The notes beneath the pieces were generated by a model, which was not told where the DNA came from, made no database searches, and was given only the letters and a program-made list of their open reading frames with translations. Positions 56,122 through 64,000 of a DNA stretch of 64,000 bases are shown piece by piece. Each line of letters opens with the position of its first letter. Positions within the stretch are counted from its first letter, which is position 1. Source of the stretch: Amphiscolops sp. MND2022. Lineage: Eukaryota. Location of the stretch: NCBI GenBank assembly GCA_964187785.1, contig OZ076411.1, positions 35,836,001 through 35,900,000 on the forward strand, in the 5' to 3' direction. A program made the translations under genes and the position numbers.

Positions 56122-56419
56122 AATCAGACTGATTCAAATTTACTCTGTTTAGCTTGGTTGCTTGTATCAGTGTATAGTAGCAGGAGAAATATCGCATTGG
56201 AAGACAGTTGCGGTGTTGGAAGAACTACGAGAGTCGTGGGAGAGTCTGGTCGCCCTTGTGGACAGTTTGGACCAGTTAAGCGGCAGTGTGGATCCAATGC
56301 GGATTTAACTGTTGGTTCTACAAGAGGCTGGCCTGTCATTCAAATTTCATGCGGTGGGATTGGTGTACACGCACGGTTATTATAATTTTTTGTGTATTCA
56401 GCGGTGAACACGGATCCGC

Positions 56420-59400
56420 ATGTCCGGATGTCAGTCAGGGTTTGTGTTTGAACGTACGCGTGTTAGGCAAATCCCGACAGAAGAGCGTTAACGACGGATA
56501 TTGTGTCAGGTTTACGCAACGGTACAGCAAACAAATAACGAGAGAATACGTCGATTGCGGTCAGAATATGTCTGAATCCGTTTGATGCAGGCAGTGGTCT
56601 GACTATGTCTACTTCCATCAAATCAAAAGGACCGTTTCACGGGTCGTATATTTTCTGCAACGGTGGACAGAGTTTGACTCGTTTGTAGATTTCGATCGCA
56701 TACAAGTTTCACAGCTTTCTATTGTTTTTTTGCGTTTTTTCAGCAAGGCTTGGAGAGTAGTAGCATTTACGTAGTTAATGTAACATCTTTTTAGAATCAG
56801 GGTGTCCCTGTACAGGGTTACTGTGTAAAGACCTGATTTTTCTAACGTCACTTGATCAGGTACGACGATTTGTATAGGGGACTCAAGGCCTGTATGATCA
56901 TAAAAGATACGGTACAGAACTCCGTTTACATTTTTGAGGCATTTTCAATTTTGTGAAGTTTTTGGAAAAACGTTGACATCAAGTTTACAGGGTGGGTCAA
57001 GGTAGTTTCTCCGGACAAAATTTTTAACATGAGTTGAATGTCACTATTTGTTTTTGAGTTAAGATTAGATCGACTCCCTATGAGGAGCTAACCTCCTTCG
57101 TCACTGGGGCTAGTAACGATTTTGACGGTGAATTTTGTGTTAACTGGAATTTGAGCATCAGTCATTAGTCGGTAAGTCTGAGGGCAGCTGGTGTGATCAT
57201 CCTCAGAGGCCTGTGGAGCTGGTTCTACCCAATTCATCGTGTTGTCATCGTCATTGGTTGTCACCGTCACGTCGAGTGTTTTTATCGGTTTGCCATCGTT
57301 GTGTGCCACTGTCTCAGAGTCGGTCACTTTCATCGGTTTTGCATTGTGTGACTTCTTCTGTCTCAGCTGTGTGCTCGGAGGGAAGTAGTCTGGTTCGTCT
57401 TCCTCCTGTTTTGGCGTCCTTGAGGCGATGTCAAATTCTATGTGGTGTACTGGATTGAAAAATGTTACTTTTAGATGAACACGTTCTTCAGGTCGAATTT
57501 CCACCCTAGAAAGGTAATCCGCTGCGGGATTCTCTACACCTGGTACAAGTGCTAAAATAAAATTAAACTGAAATGGCTGGTCACAAATATTCCAAAGCGA
57601 CGGTGGAATGTGTTTGATCTGAAACAAACGGGTGAGTGCCTTATTATCTGTCATTACAATTATAGGCTTCTTTGCACCCCAGAGAATGTGACCGAAATCG
57701 TCAAAAGCAAAATGCATAGCCAAGAGTTCCTTAGCATACATTGTCAATGACATCTGTCCACCCTGAAAATTCTTAAAGCCAAAAGCAACTGGGGCATACT
57801 TCTTTAAGCTAACCGATTGTGGTTCAGAATAGTCTTCTATCAGAAGAACATAGCCCGCTGCATGTTCACTCGCGTCACACATAATTACCAATTGTTTGTC
57901 CGGAAGAGGAAGTTTCAATGCCCGTTTAGTAGCCTTGAGTAAACCTTCGTTAATTTCAAAAATCACATCTTTGTGGCGTTGTTCTAATTGAAAGGTAATG
58001 TCTTTTTTAATTATCTCGTGGAGAACAGCTGTTTCTTCTGCCAGTCGGGGAATGTAGGACTTGTACAAATTGACAAATCTTAAGTACCACTGGAGAGCTT
58101 TGACTGAATTGAGGGGCTTTAATTTTTTCAAAAAATCCGTTACACGTTTTTTATAGGTGCGATACCAGTGCTAGAAATGGATTAGCCAAGGTATTCAATT
58201 TGTTGTTGGCTAAATTCACATTTACTCATGCTGAGTTTCAGACCAGCTTTGGACAATTGCTGAAAAACAATTCCTAAAATTTCAATCAATTCATCAGGTG
58301 TATTCGCTGCTATGCCGATGTCATCGACATAATGGGCACAGCGGTCCAAATACTCGCGGACCACGCTGGTGAAGGCTGAAAGAGAACGGTTAAGCCCTTG
58401 CGCTAATCTGAGGAAAGCGAAGGTACGAGATCCAAAGTTAAAGAACAAAAGTTGGATCGACTGCTCATCGGCCTTTGGAATGCAATGGTAGGCCTGGGAA
58501 CAATCAAGTTTACAGAAATAATTTTTCCCGGCCATGTGTTGAGCAGCGTCTCAACCAGTTGTTACTGGGTGGTTATGTTCGCCATAGTCGTTCTTGATGA
58601 GGTGGTTGATTCTCCGCAAGCGATTCGTCCCAATTGAAGTTCTGCAGGACCTTGACTCGTTCGTCATGAGAGCGAACAGCATCGAGCTTCTTCAGTTATC
58701 TGAGAGCCACAATCTCATCGAAAATGCGTCTTTTGATGTTGTTTAGTTTGTCTGGCTCACTACACGTCCCTGGCGTCGGATACCATTTTCTAGACTTCAT
58801 TTCCGGGTTCACAAAAAGTTGATTGATTCACGGCTGCTGCGTCTTCGGGGTGATCTGTGATCAACTTCAGGTGTTCGACCGGCCTTGGTGTGATGTTGGC
58901 TGCTTGGTGGGGTGTCGGTATTCTGAAGTTCGCCAGGTTGGTGTTTGCTTCAAGTGTGTACACGTGCTCATTGGGGTTGGTCACCTGAATCATCGTTTTT
59001 CATCGTCTAGGTCAACTACTGCCGGAAACACCAAGAGACACGTCTTGCGCATGAACGCTGGATTACATTCGACCGTGCCAGTTGTACGTGATATGTCCGC
59101 GTCACTGTGGACCTCAATCAGTACTTGATGGTGGGGAGGGATGGTCGTTCTGCAGCTGGAATACAAATCAATTAACCCAGTTTTGAACTTTTTATTCGTT
59201 TGTTGTCTCGCTTGCATTGACATCATGTGGTTAGGAAAATGAACTAAGTGGTTTTTTTTATATCAAGGTTGACTGAATACATTTCAAAAAAGGACATTCC
59301 GATCAGGATCGTTCCCATTGTCGGGAAGACTAAAAAGACTTCTTCAAAGACTTTTCCTGCTATTAAAAAGCGTAAAAGGACTTGTTTCCGAATGGGGACT

Positions 59401-59545
59401 AAATTGCCGTTGGCAATCTGAACTTTAAAGTTGGGGGGGGGGAGTTCATCTAATACTGCTTCCGGATGGGCAGCCGTGATTTTGCGCAATTCGGCATTTG
59501 AGAAAGCGCTTTGTACTGCTCCGGTGTCTAAAAGACCATGGTTTG
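56420..59545 (-). pseudogene. pol: pol remnant of element 5; integrase truncated after the second Asp
   Basis: LDTGA near 59520; YVDD in 58182..58535; RNase H in 57088..58131; NGVLYR, CETC, VDIVRPLP, IDVFSRY down to ~56420. Confidence 0.9.
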
Positions 59546-59899
59546 CGTAGGTATTAAACTAAAGGGGAACAAACAACATCTTATCATTTTCATTTAAAGA
59601 TAAAGTGGGACTAAGTACGTGAACTTGACAATTGGTTGCATGTTTTTTAGTTTTGGAACTACTACTCGTGTGTTTTGCATGTTTTTACTACTAAGCCGTT
59701 TTGTCGTATAGTCATCTGTGTGGAGTCGGTCCGTTGGTTGCAGATGTGGAGACATCTCTTTGGCATCGTGCGCAGGCCTCAATGCGTCGTCATCCCAGTT
59801 CATCTGTTGTTCATCGATTGAGTTTTCCAATGGAGTGAATCTGTTGTTGGTCTTCATCGACTTCATCAGTTGTTCATCGGGTTTCTGATTTCTTCGCAG

Positions 59900-61300
59900 A
59901 TAGATTCGGCTGCTTTGCGGGAATCACCAGAGGGCTGCCAGGACCTCTGATGATGGTTGTGAAGGACTGGTCGAGTCGAGTGAGTTGTTGAGTCTGATCG
60001 TAGGTGCGCACTTTGATTGTTCAAGGAGTGATATTGTGGCTGTACTGAAAATCATGTTTTTCTTTTGAGGACAAATCTTCGTTTCGTTGTCGTCTTGTAT
60101 TTCCAATTGGTTCATGGGTCGTTGTTGTTGTTTTAGTTCGCGTCGTCGCTCCTTGTTGTCTTGGTCATCGGTCCTTTTGTATGGTAATTGTCCATATGGT
60201 GTGCTCGTTAGCTTTGGAATTCTCTTTCTGCAATCCCTAGCTGAATGGCCAGTGTATCCACAAATCTGGCATACTAGTTTCGGGTTGTATTTTGTCATCT
60301 TGTCGTTTGGTTGTTTGTATGGCGTCTGGTTTGGTTATGCCATTAGCTTCGTCTCATTGTCGCCCTCGGCATTCATGTTTCCTGTGTCCGTGTTTACCAC
60401 AGTAGAAGCATTTGCCCTCAAAACGTTTAGTCTCTGGTTTGGGTTGGGCTTGGTCAGATCGTGTGAATTCCCGCTTTGTGGTATTATCAGACATCTGGCT
60501 AAATGGCTGGTCGATGTGGTTTGTTGGAGTACGTTCTGGTACTGGTATTTCCGGAGCAGGTGTGTTTTGATTTCTTCGGGGCTGCTGTCTTCTTTGTTAG
60601 CCATCGTCATTTCTTGTTGGATGTTCACTGGCAGTTTCCCGAATAAGAACATCTTGATGCACTTGTCTGCCTCGTTGCCATAAGCTTGTTTGGCAATCTT
60701 CTTGAGACCTTTTAGAAATTCTCCAATTGTCTGAGTGGTCGGGTCGTATTTGGCTTCGTCCCATTTATATCAGGCGACCTCTCGCATGTCTTCCTTTGCA
60801 AACTCTTTTCTGAATAATTGGAGGACATCTTGCAGTGTGGTGGTGGAATTGATTGCGATTGTTTGCCGAAAGTCGATGGCTTCGATGGCTTCGTCACGGA
60901 GTAGGCTTTAGAAAAAGTGGATTTTATCTTCTTCCGCGATTTTGGCGAATGGTCCGAAGTGGTTAAGTAACGGATGTTCGAATTCATTGTACTTGTCTTT
61001 CGTTCCGCGGAAGTTTGGTACATGCGTCTGAAGTAATTTCGTATTTGTTTTTTGTAATTTCCTGGGTAGGTATTGGATGGCGTTGAGCAGTGCAGACTCC
61101 GTTGTACTGCTAGGTGTATCTTCGTTGTCTTCTTCGTCTTCTTCATCCTGGAAGTGGTTGCGTTGGTTTCTGTGAGTCCTGTTGACTCCTGTTGGACGAC
61201 CGTACAGCAAACGATGATGTTTCAGTATGGGCGTCTAACTGTCTGTTTCTCTCTTCATTCTGCGCAATTAGTCTCTCCATCATAGTTTTCAATGTAGCCA
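59900..61300 (-). pseudogene. gag: gag remnant of element 5
   Basis: ATG near 61300; VPNFRGTKDKYNEFE capsid-like motif; knuckle CQICGYTGHSARDC. Confidence 0.85.
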
Positions 61301-62876
61301 TCTCACTTTGGAGGTGTTTAAACCTTTCCTATTAGCTTGTTGGAGATCAGATTCATTAGTCGGTGAGTTTCGTCTAGATTGGATTTGTTCATTTGACGAC
61401 TTATCGTTATTTTCCATAATTGAATTCTGAGTATTGGTAGGTTCAATTATTACGTTTCACGAGGTAGACGCTATTATTTTTCCACTTCTTAGTATTCTAG
61501 GAGAACTGTTATTCATGTGATGTAAAAGAGATTAACTTTGTGGATAAGAGTTGTATTGTTAAAATTGTATGAGAATCAGATACTAAGATGCAAATTTACA
61601 GTTGACCAGCAGGTACGTATCGACAGGCGTGTGTGTGTTTCGCTTATCTCTCTAGTAGCCCCTCTCTTGGTAAGATTCAATTCTTACCATCGGCACGTCC
61701 TACTAGGTAAGTGCTAATTAGCACTTGGTCACGTGACCAGCCATTGTGTATGTCGCAAGAGGGCTACTAGCTAAAGATTGCGCGCCAATTCAATTTGAAA
61801 TTAATTACCATGAATATATAATGAAATCACGCTGGTAATACGTAGCAATCACCTTCTGAGTCATGATATGCACTGCAAATACATCAAACTGTATTTAAAA
61901 AGAACAGGATCTCAATTTGGTCAAGTTTTAAAAAAAGCGATGTAGAAATGATGACTCTATAGCACTACAGTGTTTAAATTGCAGAATTCGACAAGTTTTG
62001 TCGTTTAGACATCGTTTTCACTAGATAGTTACGTTAGTATGGCGGTAGATGGAGTACAGATGAATGATTTCTAGTCTGTAGTTGGTATGACGAACTAGAT
62101 GTGAAAACGATGGATCATGTAAACGAGGAAGGTCAATTTAGCTAATGAGAGGATACATCGCTTTATCATCGTCAATTATATTCTCACTCGTATTGTGTAG
62201 ACGATGAAAGATTTTCATCGTTTTGCCATCGTGTGCATTTTCGCGTTAAATTATCAAATAGTCGCCGGTGTACAAACTATGAAGCTTCTTCATCGGTTTA
62301 ACATCGTTATTGGATCAGCCGCAAATCAAAAAAGTAAGAGGATTCATCAGTCTTGCATCGTTACTCTAAATTCTCATTTTCTCGTGGCTCTATGTGGTTG
62401 AACGATGTAGTATAGATGAAACCTGTTAAACTTGTAAAAAAACAAACGTTTTAGCTTGAATTTCATCGTTTTAGCATCTTTATTCTATTCTTGAGTGAAA
62501 TAAGGCTTGTCGCGTTAGTTTACTCTGAGGCAGGAGCTTCCTAGCGAGTGTCAGTCTCATTTTTGCCATGTGACTGCCCAGTTTGACCGAAAGACTGCTT
62601 TTTTCTTTTGCGACAAGACATCAATTAATTATGGCACCTTTGGTGATTAGCACGACCATAAATTGCGCACATCGGAACTAGAATGCTCAGTAAAGAATAA
62701 AATAAACTACTCAATTCTCATGGGGGAGTGAGGGGATTAGGTACAAATAACCTAGGGCTGCTCACAACCATAGCTCTTATTATTTGACATCATATTGCCC
62801 ATATCTAAGTACATAAGACATATTAATTACAATATAGATATTTAGTAGATTATTTTTCCATCATGCTGGGATGACA
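61189..62876 (-). repeat. Copy B of the 1.69-kb direct repeat (5' LTR + leader + gag start of element 5)
   Basis: See 52156-53842. The internal LTR boundary and PBS could not be fixed. Confidence 0.9.
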
Positions 62877-64000
62877 TGGGCCAATTTAACTGCGACGAAA
62901 TGCAGAGTATTCGGCGCAACAGAACTGTTTGTTGATTTTCTATTTCAAACAGCACAAACGTCATTCAACAGCGTGAACAAAAACTACTTGAGTTGAATAA
63001 TGAATTTAAGGTTTTTATATCTTACACAAATTTCTACCAGTTGTCTTTGATTCATCAATGTGCCGTTTAAATCTTAGCCTTTTCATCTAACTCTTGAATT
63101 GTTGGAGATTTTCCACAGTGAATTGAAGACGTTACCGCTGCTGAACATGGAATTCGAATGATAGTATCAAACGTACCAGAGAAATAGTGAGATCATCGTG
63201 CAAGTATTGCAGTTCAATGGCTTTACGAAGATCAGAGAATGTCCTTTGCACTCAGACAACTTTTTTGCGCTATCTAGTAATTGGTGATACTATGAAACTT
63301 CTTTTAGTCACCCACCGTGCGGTGATATTTTAGTGTGATTCTCGCTAGTTTTGGGCCAACCGGTTTTGTTCTACTCAGTCCTAACTTATGATGAATATCT
63401 TTTTCACCAAAAATTGTTTGATCATGACTCCTATTTTCCATGAAGTGTCACAAAAAACGTTTCTCATTCATTCGGCGATAGCTTCGTCTGCTACGTTCAA
63501 TGCGTCCAGCTAAACGCGTAGGACTATCAAAGAATGTCAGCCACGTTTCCTGGAGATGTCTGAAAGATTGAAATTTTATTTATATGCTTGTGTGATGTGT
63601 GGATTTTGAAATGATTCGGAAAGATTTGACTTCGCAGTTTTAAGCCTGCGCAAAGATTTCAATTGAAGGAGATAGAGACACAAAAAATGTCAAACAACAT
63701 ATGCTGTCAACACAGAAAGTGGTCGCGTACAAGTGACGCGAGCACAACACAACACAAGTTGCTTTCTTCTAATCGCACCGGAACAGCAAAACACCCTTTA
63801 CTATGGAATCGTTGGGACATTTGGTGATTGATTTCGATCGATATTTAGTTGCTCCTTCCCTAATGGTTCTCTAAATTTCGTCAACATCTGTTAAACATGA
63901 ACTCAAGGAATAGCCGTAAAACAAAAACGAATTGAATGTGTCGAATTATACAACATTGCAGCAAAGAATAACATGAATTCGGTTGTCAACTTTAACAAAA

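Larger units (their letters stand above)
52156..62876 (-). mobile_element. Decayed Ty3/gypsy element 5 in a tandem LTR-internal-LTR-leader-gag arrangement
   Basis: gag, PR (GLLDTGAVQS), RT (YVDD), RH (CDAS, TDNKAL) and partial IN between the two long direct repeats. Confidence 0.85.

Noticed and set aside
61590-61800. Assignment of a PBS and inner LTR boundary for element 5
   Set aside because: Several TGG candidates (TGGTCAACTG, TGGCTGGTCA, TGGCGCGCAA) exist, but none both follows a clean CA terminus and matches a tRNA end I can recall.
62877-64000. Host gene or exon in the terminal unique sequence (also 50800-52150)
   Set aside because: No ORF of note, no recognisable motif; appears to be AT-rich intergenic DNA.

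Overview
Animal-type, AT-rich, transposon-dense eukaryotic DNA; no intact host gene, rRNA or tRNA gene is recognisable. The window holds four Ty3/gypsy-type LTR elements, older retroelement debris, a satellite array and several palindromes. (1) 916-6770: 5.9-kb decayed gypsy on the minus strand. (2) 10189-28132: an apparently intact, very young, ~17.9-kb endogenous-virus-like element on the plus strand, with 1.59-kb LTRs that differ only by one CT unit as far as I can read and a 4-bp TTCG target duplication. It encodes gag, a -1 frameshifted pol containing a TARG1/OARD1-like macrodomain, four small mutually similar proteins, an antisense ORF, three tandem double-pseudoknot-like RNA repeats with compensatory changes, a class III (chuvirus-G/herpes-gB-like) envelope glycoprotein, an acidic/Pro/basic ORF and a PAM2 + coiled-coil + TRAF-C (MATH) protein. 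This is the best candidate for an undescribed system. (3) 30859-35382: 1355-bp higher-order satellite built from ~180-bp monomers. (4) ~35383-49395: decayed 14-kb minus-strand gypsy with two tandem macrodomain-like units and an SGNH-like region, cut off against the satellite. (5) 52156-62876: decayed minus-strand gypsy in a tandem, LTR-sharing arrangement, with an antisense Zn-finger-like cargo. All domain calls are by-eye motif recognition, not database searches. Host species cannot be established from the sequence.
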